Translations under genes and position numbers: made by a program
NCBI GenBank assembly: GCA_907165135.1
Contig: OU015569.1
Span: 1,364,001-1,428,000 of the forward strand
Origin: Oikopleura dioica
Taxonomy: Eukaryota; Animalia; Chordata
Length of the DNA stretch: 64,000 nt
Reading direction: 5' to 3'
The notes under the pieces: model-generated
Seen by the model: only the letters and a program-made list of their open reading frames with translations
Database searches by the model: none
What the model was told of the DNA's origin: nothing
Shown: in pieces, positions 25,782-38,245 of the stretch
How the letters are laid out: the number at the start of each line of letters is the position of its first letter
Position numbering within the stretch: position 1 is the stretch's first letter

Positions 25782-26994
25782 TTAGAGAAGCTTGTGGTAG
25801 GTAATCTCCGAGCCCTGTATTTTGATGACAGTGTGGAGTGGGACCTCCATCTGTGGGACTTTCTCGTCGCTGAGGCCAAGCAGAATGCCTATCAAACAAC
25901 GGGCCACGGCCTGGTGAATGATCAGGAAGTTGTCGCAGCTCTCGAAGTCGACATTTTGGATAGCACGACGCGTGCGTTTGAGCAAGTCCACGTAGCTCTC
26001 GCCATTCGGGTAGCGGTAGTTCAGTTTGTCAGCCTTGCGCGCCTCGTACTCCGATGGATACCGACCTGAATGTTATGTAATCGCCATGCTTGCAACCGTC
26101 TGGTTTCGGGGTTTAAAGCCCGCTCGCCGGATGATGAAATGTAGCGTGTGTTTTTGACTTTCGAAATGATGCATCAAAAAAGATGCTGCTAGAATTCAGG
26201 TCATCCCAGTCTTGCGCAATTTACATCAACTCCACCTGTTGTTTTTTCTATGAATTAAATTTACCAGTATTTCAGCTTTTTTTAGGCACTGTTTATGTTA
26301 AAATTTTCTAATTATTCAATATGGTTGGAATCTTACTTCGATGGTTGGTTTTAATAAATTTTTGAGGTGAAGCACGTTAATTTAAATTTCGTAAAACAGA
26401 ATTTCAAAATATTATTTTCATGTTTTTCAAAAATTCTAGACCTCAGAAGGTGGCCATAAAGGAGTGTTTATCTTCTAAAGTAACCTGTGCCAAGCTCGAG
26501 GTCTTTTGTTTGCGTGCGGGCCATTAACGTGCGGGGCCAGCTCGATTATTTCGCAAAAAGTAGGAGTGGCCAGAAATTGGCAAATACTACGTACGGTCGT
26601 TTACTCACATTTGACCTCGCCGTAGCTGAGTCCGTCGAAGTCACCGGCGTCTATTTCGTCCAGGTCGTTTATCTGGTCCGGGTCCAGCCCAGCCAGCTTT
26701 GCCGTTTGTCTCGTTCGATTCATAGAGCTCGTCACAAAACGTGTTTTCTCCTGGTCAATGTGATTTGCAATAAAGTCGCCCAGCTTCTCCCCGTACTCGA
26801 CGCCGCTAGGAGAAAGATATCCATTCCCTCCGATGATATCTTTCACGTTCATTTCTGACTGCCCATGTCTAAAATTTTGGTCCATAAGAAAATATTTTCA
26901 ACAACAAGAAAATTTCCTCTAAGAAAAAATTCTTCATATCTTACCGGGAAATATAGATGACTTTTTCTGTATTCTCTTTGGCGTTGATGAGCAT
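25782..26994 (-). CDS. Stand-alone PFKFB-type fructose-2,6-bisphosphatase (histidine phosphatase) domain, ~200 aa
   Basis: IYISRHGQSE, RTRQT, LDEIDAG, YRYPNGESYVDL, IHQAVARC, EVPLHTVIK. Three exons with a 543-nt intron at 26066-26608. An in-frame stop precedes ATG 26994. Confidence 0.85.
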
Positions 26995-27352
26995 TGCGTA
27001 GTTGTTGCGTATTTAACGACGGCGTGTGGTCTGAAGGGGGATCTCCGTTCAAGCTACGCTTGTTTCTTCGGCGCGGGGGGAAGCTCTGAGTGTGGGAGAA
27101 TCACAGTGGGGCAGATTGTGATATGGAAGTCGGTTCCCTCCGGTGCCAGGTTGAGGAGGCGGTCACCACGCCCCCACTAGGCCCTCAAGCGGCAATGGAT
27201 CAGCAGAATGAATGCTCGTAGCGCTGTGAGCTGGACGCTTGTTGTGTTGTGTTGCACCGAAACGATTACACCATGAGCATCTGTGGCATCATTCACGAGA
27301 GCCAAACGCTCGCTAAAGGACGCCGCTGATCGTTCACGCACGCGCGGACCCT

Positions 27353-27365
27353 TCACCTTTGACCT
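27353..27365 (-). promoter_or_regulatory. Candidate DR1 nuclear-receptor element (AGGTCA-A-AGGTGA)
   Basis: Minus strand reads AGGTCAAAGGTGA ~360 bp upstream of the bisphosphatase ATG. Motif match only. Confidence 0.3.
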
Positions 27366-28184
27366 TCAATCGCTTCTTCTCACCTTTAGTACAGTAAATA
27401 CTAGCATCTCTTCTACATTATAAAAAATCAGTTAATATTTGTCAGTCGTCTTTGATTCCAGCTCTCGATCGAGGTTCCGCCAGTATTTTCGAATTTGTTG
27501 TCAAGGTCAAATAGATTGATGCCATTCTTGAGGGATTCTTCTTTCATCTTCAACTTCATTACATAATTATATAGGAGCCTGAAGCGTTAAACTCTCGCTA
27601 AATCATTTTTCGATCGAAAAGAGGACAATAGAGATTCTTTAAATCAGCATCAAGCAAAAAACATTGATTGATATGATCATTTCAGAGCGATTTCGAAGAA
27701 CATGCTCGCCCAAGACTCGAACAAGTCCTGATCTTTTCATTACCGACGTCATTATTTTCTTCCTATCACCAAAAACGTACTACTGCTTTACTAACTTTCA
27801 ACGCTCACTATTTACACAATTTTACAATTCAATAACAACCAAAACCAACGACAGTTTTTCTCTCAAAAGTAGCTTTCAACTCTAACTTAAAAATGTCTAA
27901 TTTAAACTGCCAAAGTCAAAATCAGTTGCCATTTACAGTAAAGCCTTCATTGCCTTATTTACTTATCTTTATCTTCTAAATTTCTGTTCACTATTTAAAA
28001 AGTTCTTTCTTCTATCTTAAAATTGCCAAACTGATGCCTTGCACAAAACAAAAAAAAAATGGGTGAAGTTCCAATTAGTCCTCACTAGTTCCGTTTTGAT
28101 TTTTGGCCGATTGTCACCAAAAAGCCTTTCAGTGTTTCAAGAAATATCTTTTCTAAAGCAAATGTCTGTTTAGAGCACCTGCGA

Positions 28185-29225
28185 ATGGATTTAGCGGAAG
28201 GACTTCATGGGACAGAGGGATCTAAAAATGAATCTTCGAATTCAGAAGATCAAGAAATCGATGTCAACGCAAAAGAAGTCGAAACTGTGAGTATTTTACC
28301 TGCAAAGTTCTAACCACTATGAGAAAGTGCTAATGAAAATAACACCTGCAAAGAAAGAGATAAACAAATGACTTTTGGAAGGCCTTTTTGGATCGTAAAA
28401 GGATCATTTCGGTCCTTCCAAGAAGTAATAAGAATAGAGAAATTGATTTTATTCAGAATTCACCATTGGCTGCTTTTGCCATGCCGTATCACTTTCCCCC
28501 TTCCCTTTCGGGGCTTTTGCAAAGTTCATTTTCAACGCCAAGGGTTAGTGGAATCGAGCTAAAAATTTACTTGAGTAAAGTTAACTGATCGTGTTAGCAA
28601 AATTTACCTGATATTTGACAGATTTCGGACCCTCCTTTCTCCAAACTTACTTAGGAGATGAATGACAGAATACGAAAATCAAGCTTTGGAGAACCGAAGT
28701 TCTAGAGAATTGGATTATTTTCTGACGATAAATTTTAAGATGTCCGCCCTACTTCTTGATCAGCTGAATGAAAGAGACGAGTTAGTGAATGCCATTCAGC
28801 TCAAAAATAGGTGAGACGGCGTTTCGAATGCTTTTCGACTCTTTTAGGTTTATTTCGTTCGTGCACCGCGTGGAAGAAGTTTCCAAATCGAGCAGGGAAG
28901 GGCGTATGAATACGATTCGCGGCATTCTCAAGTAAGCATTCTTTCCAAGGCCAAGGACCAAATGAATTTTGTTTTTCAGATCTCTTCACGTGCCTGTCCC
29001 AACGACACTTTCACCGCACCCGTCTACTCTCGTCATCCCCTACATTCCAGAAAATGGAATACCATCAGACGAGCAGCTCGAGGCTCTCTGCAGGTGCCAC
29101 TAGAATCACGTCCAACTGAAGCCTTTCTAACTGTTACTTCTAGATGCTTGGAGGCGATGGCTTCAAATTCGCGAGTAGCTCCAACACTCCTGGCCAAGTA
29201 CATCTGCTCTGTCTATCTCGAGTAA
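28185..29225 (+). CDS. Uncharacterised multi-exon protein
   Basis: Exons from 28740 (MSALLLDQ...) to 29225 join through three GT-AG introns without stops. Upstream exons 28185-28660 also join by GT-AG, but linking the two halves needs a non-canonical donor. Confidence 0.5.
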
Positions 29226-29533
29226 ACTCCTTCTGTTTGAATAGTTCCTTTCTGATTCTTCAACAACAAGCACCGTTTTCTGTAAACTACCCTGCTACTG
29301 TCTATTTCCCGTCTTTTTCTTCAGTCTATTTAATGTTGCGCGTTTCTTCAATCCCAAAAATAAATTCCCTTCATTCTTCAATTCTGTCTTTTTGCGTTTC
29401 TCGAGTTCCCATGGAAAGAGGCGTTTCTTCTGATAAGTCTTATCGAGCTCGCGTGATCGATTTAATTAAAAGTCAGATCGTCTCATTCGATTTCTTCCCG
29501 TTTAATTTCTTTTTTATTTCAGCTCCATCGGTG

Positions 29534-30666
29534 ATGGCGCGGCAAACGCCGTTAACATGCTCAGGACACACGCGACCAGTTGTGGATCTTAGTTTTTCAG
29601 ACAACACAAAAGATGGGTAAGACGCTTAAGAAATAATAGGATATAACTGTTGTTAGATATTTCATGATCTCAGCTTGTAAAGACGGGAATCCGATGCTCC
29701 GCCAAGGCGAGACTGGCGATTGGGTGGGGACTTTCATCGGCCACAAAGGTGCAGTGTGGGCCGCCTCACTCAACAAAGCCTGCTCCCGGGCGGCGACTGG
29801 CAGTGCGGACTTTAATGCTAAGGTACCATCTCCCTCGACTTTCGTAATTTTAAGCTGATGCTTAGATTTGGTGCGCTCTCTCTGGAAACGTGCTCCATAG
29901 CTTCCAGCATGATCACATCGTCCGCGCTGTGGATTTCTCGCTGGATGGGAACCAGCTTCTCACCGGCTGCCAGGAGAAGAAAGTAAGGATTTTCGATCTT
30001 CAGAGCGAAGGAAGCAAACCGAAAGTATACCAAGGCCACAACGGAACGGTCAAGCGCTGTCTCTGGCTAGACCAAAACGTGTTTCTGACCATCTCCGATG
30101 ACAAGAGCTTCAAAAAGTGGGACACAAGGTAATCCTTGCATCTCACTGACTTTCCTCATATTTTTCGTAGAGCTGGGGAAGAGCCTGTTCAGTCTATTAT
30201 GTTGGAAAAGTCGGCGACGGATTTGGTGATTCACGAAAAGCGTCAAGTAGCCACCCTTAGCTACTCGAACATGGTCTCGTTCTGGAATCCACACGAAATG
30301 ACGATGATCAAGGAATTCCCCACGAAAACGCAGGTGAACTCGGCGCACCTCCACCCCAATTCCGAGCATTTTGTTTTTGGCGGCGCCGACTTTAAAATTT
30401 ACAAGTGCGATTACAAGACCGGCAGCGTGGAGGACTCTTACAAGGGTGCGTTATTAATTCGGAGTATTTATTGATATCATGGAAGAGAACGAAGCGTTTG
30501 TGTTCAATGATCTTTCCTAGGTCACTTCGGGCCGGTTCATATCGTTCGTTTCTCGCCTGACGGAGAGCTGTACGCCTCTGGCTCTGAAGATGGCACAATT
30601 CGTCTCTGGCAGAACAATGTAGGCACCAACTACGGGCTCTGGCGCTGCGTGAACACAAGCGACTGA
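29534..30666 (+). CDS. STRAP: Serine-threonine kinase receptor-associated WD40 protein (unrip)
   Basis: [79 protein letters not shown]. Confidence 0.96.
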
Positions 30667-30848
30667 AGAAGAAAAATGTTTGAAACTGCTAACTGCTCTC
30701 CGTACTGTCCTACTGTATTGCACTGTGTCGGTACTGTTACTGCTCCTACTATGAATGACAAGTCGATTTTCGGGCCTCGAAACAACACGCGTTTCGATGT
30801 TACCTCAAAAATGGGATCCACTCGTTAAAAAAGGGGGTTCCTTTGGGG

Positions 30849-31250
30849 GTGAGTTCAGTGACAGTGTTTTTTTTATATTGCACAAGCGATTTTTGACCCC
30901 TTCGAAAAAAGGAATGGGCTGATCACATGACATTTTGAACCCCCTCACTGCACAGTCCACATCTTCAGCTACATTTTCATCCCTTTGGCGACCCTCTATG
31001 ATGTCTCCGCTAGGAGTAGATAGAGTCCCCAATTCGGGTCAAAATAGGAAAAATCAAAAATTTCCGCAAAGATGGCGTGATTTTTTATAGATCACGTGGT
31101 AAATTTAATTTTTAAACCCCCTTACTGCACGCAGCAGACCCTTAGCTACATTTTGAGCATTTGGGGGACATACTACGATGTCTGTGCTTCGAGGAGTTAG
31201 CGTCCCCAATCTTGTGCAATATAAAAAAAAACACTGTCAGTGCCACTCAC
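30849..31250. mobile_element. MITE-like element with ~38-bp inverted arms and two internal ~105-bp imperfect direct repeats
   Basis: GTGAGTTCAGTGACAGTGTTTTTTTTATATTGCACAAG at 30849 is inverted at 31211-31250. Internal unit ACCCCT.ACTGCAC...AGCTACATTTT...GATGTCT...GTCCCCAAT occurs twice. Exact ends unresolved. Confidence 0.7.
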
Positions 31251-31708
31251 TGCCCTTGACCATTAACTTTCCAAAACACCCCACTCTGAAGAGCCACTTC
31301 GCGCCCTCCCAAAAGCTTACCCGCCCTTTCGAATTTCAATTCCATCTGGCGGTCCACCTTTTAGTATTTTGCGGAGAGAACACTAAACCAAGAAATTGCT
31401 TGTAAATGGATCCGGCACATTCACTCTTGCGTCTCTTTTGAAATTTTAAACTAGATTAACTTAAAAAAGAAAACTTTAAAAGAATGTAAAAGTCTTTGAA
31501 AAATATCTTTCCTTTAGCCCGATTTCCTAAAACTGCCCGTTCCCTGGCGCAAAAAAATAAGTAAACTTGCTGCCCCAAAACCAAATAAATAAATTACAAA
31601 AACGAACACTCAATTGCCATGGAGCGCAAATTCTTTATTAGGGTTAAGAATTTTGTTATACCAGTTATTTAAATAAACGCATCCGATTCTCCACATCTCT
31701 CTTGGTGC

Positions 31709-32703
31709 TCACATTACCGAGCCATCAATTGTTGCTGTCAATTCGTTTCTTTCAGCAGTCCAGTCTTTTTCGGCCACTAAAACCGCAATAATCAATTAGG
31801 CACTTTTAAAAAATTGACTTACCAAGCGGAATTAGCTTTTGCAGGACTTTGACCGCATTTCTCGCATTCGTTTTCATCTGCTTCAGGACTTTCTCGACTG
31901 AGACTTCTTCACTTTCCTTCCAGCAGTCTAAAAACAGTATTATCAATTGTCCAACGAGCAAAGTTTACCGTAATCAGTAACAAGCGCAATCGAAGCATAA
32001 TGCAGTTTCATTTCTTTAGCAATAGCTGCTTCAGGCGAGAGAGTCATGTTGACAATGTCGCCGCCGAAGAAACTCGAATACATTTTGCTCTCGGCCAGGG
32101 TTGAAAAGCGCGGACCTTCAATAACTACGCATGTTCCATTTTCTTTGAAGGATACGTCCGTGTCTTTCATCACCTTGATGACCATTTGTCGGAGTCCCTC
32201 GTCTAGAGCGGGCTTAGCGGGAACATGAGCGATTCCTTTTGGCCCAGTTGGGGAAGTTCCGAAGTGCGTGTAAGTCCGAGTCTTTGTCATGTCGATGTAG
32301 TCGCTGACAACAACAAGATCACCTGGAGCGTACTCTTCTCGGAGACTTCCACAGGCAGTGGTGGCTAGTGTAAGCTACATTTAGTTAAATTGAAAGACCA
32401 AACCGCAAACCTATAACATGCGTGACACCAAGCTGCTTCAGCGCCCATAAATTGGCGCAGTAGTTGACTTGAGACGGAGACAGCTCATGTGATTTTCCGT
32501 GTCTCGAAAGGACGAATACCTCCACCGAGTTTAGCTTGCCCTTCCAGATTGTCGAAGCTTCTCCCCAAGGAGTGTTTTCCACGCTCACTTCAGTCTTGTC
32601 TGAAGAGAAGAATTTACCTTTAAGAATTTAGTCTCTAGTGAAAACCTTGGAAGACATCTGGATCTTCAAGTCCGGTTCCACCGATAATTGCAATTCTGGT
32701 CAT
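31709..32703 (-). CDS. MTAP: S-methyl-5'-thioadenosine phosphorylase
   Basis: IAIIGGTGL, TPWG, LSRHG, VNYCANLWALK, TACGSLRE, IEGPRFSTLAES, VNMT..PEA, VTDYDCW. Confidence 0.95.
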
Positions 32704-32901
32704 TCTCTCCGTCTAGCCTGCGTCACCTGAGCTGACTCATTTGGCAAGCACTTTTCAATAAACTCGCCCGTTATTACGTAAGATGAAATCAACAAAGACA
32801 ATATCATTTTATCAATAAATCCCTGCATTGAACAATATATATATAGTTTCGCATTTATTTCTTTCTCTTTCACACAACTATCTTACAGGGTAACAACTTG
32901 A

Positions 32902-33590
32902 TCACCAAGATTTGTCATTCCACTCGTGTCGATCAATCTTTCGTCTCTCTTCGTAGGTCTTTCGACGATTTGGCATTGTACCATTATTGTACACTTGCGA
33001 AATGCTGGTGAAGTTGTCCGATGAAGCCCATTTGCTGTCGAGCGACCTGCATTCAATCCATCTGTTGTTCACATCCTAATTTTCCAATTATAAGGAATGT
33101 TAAAAAAAATTACCTCTTCCGAGTCACTGGAATCTTCCCGCCGTCGTTTTCTCAGTCCTTTTGTAACCTTGTCGGTCTTCGTTGAGCTACGCACGTCGAG
33201 TCTTATCAACCGCTTCTCTTCCTTCTTATAATACTCTATAAATATTTTCAATCCTTTGATTCTTTAAAACATGAGTACCCTTATTCCGCTGTAGAGATTT
33301 CTTCCCTTCCTCGAGCTTCTTCATCAGATAGGCTTTATGCTCTTCATTTCTATTTCCGTCTTTGCTGTATTTCTCCAGCTTTCTTGAAGTTTCCGCGATC
33401 AATCTCTGAGAGTACTCAATCCAACCTTTGTGTGCTATTGAACGTTGAAAACTGATTTATAAATGATACATATAAACTTTTTATCAACGATTCCTTTGAG
33501 CTTGAATTCTGACTCCACAAGTTCAATGTCATCAATATCTCTTTTAAACTTCATGTTTCTTATCCGATCCTCTGGTTTCTCACGGCTCAT
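32902..33590 (-). CDS. Orphan charged ~190-aa protein, 4 exons
   Basis: MSREKPEDR... exons join to ...HEWNDKSW*. Introns 2 and 3 are GT-AG; intron 1 needs a GA donor. Same orientation as, and ~200 bp upstream of, MTAP. Confidence 0.55.
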
Positions 33591-34296
33591 TTTCAACGAG
33601 AGACTTTTTATTTTTCAATAAAAAACTTAATCTAAGCCTGTGCTTGGATGGGCCGGACTCAATTTGATTCAAAGTCTTTTGATTGTCGACAAGAGAGAGA
33701 CCATGCGGAGCTCGCCGATTTCGTCACAAGGATTTTATCTTTTTGAGCTGAAGGAAAAGAAACTAATGATAAATGTAGATTGCTGTGAGAAAGAATGAAA
33801 TCGTATCGAAACTGATGTCGAATAACATTTCTATTTTTGAACTCCACACATTTCTAGCACTTGTGCTGATAAATTATTGACGACTCCTGATGAATAATTA
33901 TCAAGCTTACCGGAATGAGAGCGTTATAAAAGTAGACTGGAAATGGTGTGAAAAATCCGTGGAGCGTGACTATCACCGGAAATTAAAAAGAAACTCGACT
34001 AGATAAGCGATCTAATGAGCATTTAGTGCTTTGTTGTGGGACTGTAATTGTATGAGGTCATAAAAAGTTGGTTATTACGGTGTGGAACGCATTTGGCGCC
34101 GTGCGCGCCCTGCGGCACTATGGGACTGGGATGCGCGCAGTCCCTCCACCAAAGTTCTACTCGCACGGTATTGATTGGTCTGCGCCAGCTCAGCACCATC
34201 TCTGAATGCCTTTCCCTTGCTTAGAGTACCAAACCCAACGAGTCCAATGACCTGAGCGCAACAATTCGTAGTAGAGACAAAAAGATATAAAGAGAG

Positions 34297-37200
34297 ATGA
34301 GCTTCAACCCTTTCGAAGAGGCGCCAGCTGCGCCGGGGAGCTCCGGCGGATGTCCAGAAGGATTTGAGGAACGTTCACTGAATAAATTAGATTTCATTAA
34401 TTAGCGACAGTTATGATTTCACGCCAGTTACTAGAACTTTTAGCTTAAAAATCATTTATCTTGAGCAAAAATCTTCAATGCGCATGAAAAGTAATATAAT
34501 CATCAATTATTGAGAGGGCTAGATAATTTTGATTGACTTTTATTAAATAATAAATAATCTAATTACACGTAATTCTGACACTGTTGTTTATTTGACAAAT
34601 AGTAGAAGAGATTTAGCACCGAATCAACTCCGATTTGTCTTTTTTACCTCCTCAATGCCGATTAATTTTCAATAAATCCCAGTCAAAAACATCTAAATTG
34701 ACAATAGTCACCTCTACTTTTCGCCAGCTTTGAACTAAATAAAGCCTTTTGGAGCCGTTTGCTACTATTTTGGCGATCACTCGAGCTACGTGTCGGCAAG
34801 TGCGAGTTGCATGAAATACAATGCGATGCTTGCAAGCGTCAACGATCGTAATATCGGTAAGTTGTTGTTGTGTAACATAAAGTATGTGGAATGTCTACAC
34901 AGCGATTTCTAAATAACCCCGCTGCGTTTTTGTTTGACCTGGCGGGAACATCCGTTCCGAAGCATAATAATAAAATCACGCCAAAGTAACTTGATCTAGC
35001 TTTTCCGATTAAAATTTCTTATCGTTCGCGAACATGGAATTATGGTATACGCAAAAGCGTTATGTTTTGTAAATGATAAAATATTATGACGACGAACACT
35101 ATCGATTGTGCTTTAGATTACTTGGTGACGATGGTTGGCGAAAAAAGTGGCAACGATGTTTGGGTTGGTGACTCGAACGTTCGTGGCCGCCCAGTAAAAC
35201 GTACAGCCAAGTCTTGCCCGATGATGAAGGGCTCTGGCCCGGATCAGAAGGTTATGGCAGCCGATTGCACCTCTGCCAACCCGTACATCTGTGAGTTTCA
35301 ACCTGGAAGACCTCCAATGATGCCTGGCGGAGGCTTCGGCGGTGGAGGCTACGCTCCACCAGCACCGTACGCACCTCCTGCTGCCAATCCGTATCCTGCT
35401 AACTACGGTCCCCCGGCGGGAGCTGCCCCTTACAATCCTTATCCGCCTGCTTCCGGTGCAGGATATCCTCCACCAGCGGGGGCTTATCCTCCTCCAGCTA
35501 GTCAGCCAGAAACCTTCCCCAACTATGGTCTCCCAGAGTCAGTTGCAGCAGCACCGACAGAATCTCCTGATCCTCCCGTGCCTGACGTTGAACCAGAACC
35601 TAAGCCAGGCAGTAAAACTTCAAAAGCCCTCGTCCCAATCATGATCGTTTTGCTAATCTGCCTAGCCTTCTTCGCCTATAAATATTGGAAGAAAAACTTT
35701 TCCGGAAAGCCCTCAAAATCAATCATTCCAGCTAAGAGGCCTTCCAACGATGATGGAACACGACTACAGCCAAATACGCCAAATGAGATTCCATGGAACC
35801 CGCCGCAGAGCTTTGAAAATCCAGTCTTTCAGCAGGATCAGGAACAGAGTCGAGTTGCTTCACACGAGCAGCATCATGAGATGGAGCAATTCAGACCGCC
35901 GAGTTACGAGAGCTCGCAAGTACCGGCCGGAATGACGATGGACGATCCACGCGATGATCACAAGACGATATCGCGAAGCAAGTCGGGCAGATCTCGTGGA
36001 GGAAGATACAACGAGCAAGATTATGCCTCTGAAAGCCACCAAGTTCCACCACCTAATCGGCGACGAGATGAGTCCGAGTTCGAACTCGCCGAAGGTCTGC
36101 CAGCCAATGAATGGGGTAGAGGAGATGTCTTCAATCAAATGATTTCACCAGAAACTGGCGGGCCGCCGAACTCAATGACATGGCAGAGAGACTATCGACA
36201 GCAGTTCCATGATCAAGAAAAAGGATACGATCCTAACAAAGGTACATAAAGTCTTCCTTGATTCCAAAATCCTTATTTGAAATTCTTACATAGCTAACTT
36301 TCGGTTTAGTCTATGAACTGCAAGCATTTGATTCACGAGATAGCTACGACCCTCATTTACCAGACGTAGTACAGCACCAGCCTCCAGAATTCAACGTTCC
36401 AACTGGCCGTCAATCTTACGGTCGCCGGGAATCAAACGTAATGCCATCGCGACCTCCGCCACCAGAAAGGATCCGTTCAGTCCGCGAGGACATGATGAAG
36501 GCAAGGACAATGTTGCCCGACGCACCAAAAGGAAATGGTTAGTCGAAAAGAATGTCAGAATTTTTGAAAAAGTGTATTTCAAATAGGTTGGGACCGGTCC
36601 ACGCTGTCACGGAATGGTAAATCCGCTTCACAGCCTGGAATCCGGCTTCGCTTTTTTCCTCGATTTATAATTCTGTGTCTTACTTTTTAATTTCAGGAGT
36701 GGAAGAAAACCGAGCTGACGCTCCGCAGTACCGAGCCGCTCCACCGCGACCGGGTGAAGCTGTCATTCGCAACGTGCCAAGCACCTACCAGCCGGGCCAA
36801 GGAGAGCAGAAAGACAAACTTTGGGCGGCGGCCTTCCACTCGTTGGTGACAGGCGAAGAGCTACCAAATAAAACCGCAGAAGACTTCAAAACAATGCAGA
36901 ATCCACCGGCAAATCCACTTCGAGCAAATGAAAGCCGGGAATCTGGTGGCACAAATGACGATATTCCTAGAGCATATGGACAGAATAATGACGTAAGTTT
37001 AAAAATGTTCGAGGTCGAAATAAGTTAGGGTTAAGTTCAAAGATGATACTGAATAAATGCTTATTCAACTAATTAAGAATATCGAAATTATGAAGATGGA
37101 CAGCTTCGAAATCGGCCGCAACGTAGAACAAGTTTCTTCCAATAAACTGCGAGACGTTCCCGACTCTGGACCAAAATCAATCCCAGTTCCAGTAACACAG

Positions 37201-37774
37201 GTATAAATCGGTGATTAGCTTTGGTGTTATTACTAGGGTGAAAAGGTGGACTTTTTGGAAAGGTTTCGAAACCACCAAAAGTCGATGGGAAAGCGGACCT
37301 TTCGAAAACGCGGGTCACTACCGGCAATTCCGAGTGTTCACTCCCTTCATCCAAAAATTGGCTCTGATGAGAATATTTACTGTATAATAGGTGAGTACTG
37401 TCGTCTTTGGTGACCTATCTGTTAATTAAACGTGCATTAAAATTTCGAATTAGATTCCTTTGGGACGAGAAGCCAGAATGGAAAATTTAACTCTTCGCGA
37501 TCTCGACCAAGCACTCAAAGAGTACAAGGTCGAAAAAGAAGACGGCGTCGAGTTTACGGTAAGCGTTCGTAAATTGCAGTTTTGATTGAAGTATTCCTAG
37601 CAAATCGACCTGAAGGTTCCCGAAATCGGACGCCCCGCCGACTATAACGATGGCGAAATCTTTGACGACCTCGACAGCGACGACGATGAGCTAGACGTGG
37701 GTGCTCGTGTTGCCAAGCCAGAAACGACCGATCAGTTCAGAAAGTCACAGATCATGAATCTCAAAAGCCAATAA
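34297..37774 (+). CDS. C-type lectin domain, Pro/Tyr-rich stalk, TM helix and long cytoplasmic tail
   Basis: CPEGF...CYYF...ASASCMKYNAMLASV, DVWVG, DCTSANPYICE, PPAAYP repeats, TM ALVPIMIVLLICLAFFAY-KYWKK, spliced tail ending IMNLKSQ*. Confidence 0.75.
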
Positions 37775-38245
37775 AGTAAACTATTCTCCCTGTACAGCGT
37801 CAGACCCTCTACTATAAACACAAAATATGTTCAACACTGTGGCCAACTCAACAACTGTATAATTCCATTATTACGCTTTTGCCAATAAATATTTCATATT
37901 TATGCTTCCAAAAACCAAACTAAGCCTCGAATTTTCAACCGTTTCTTGAAATTTTCAAGCTGATATTTTACCTCCCAAAATTTGCTTTTGCAAAACAAGC
38001 ATAAAATTATCGCAAGCAGGCATAAGCATGAGCAGCCATGCATAATTCTCTATCAGCAATACCGCATGGTTCGATTTCCGCCTCGGTTGTTCTCATAGAC
38101 TATTCTGGGCGTGTCTCGCTGGGAAAATTGCCCCGTGGGCCGATAACCCGGCGCAGCACTTCTATCACAAGCCGGATTCTTTTCTCAGTCGATCCTTCGC
38201 CTCCTCAAGTAGTTTTTGTAGACTTTTTTCAATTTCAAAAGAGAA

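Noticed and set aside
38060-38090. Second GGTTCGATTTCC B-box-like motif
   Set aside because: No T-stem complementarity or acceptor stem.
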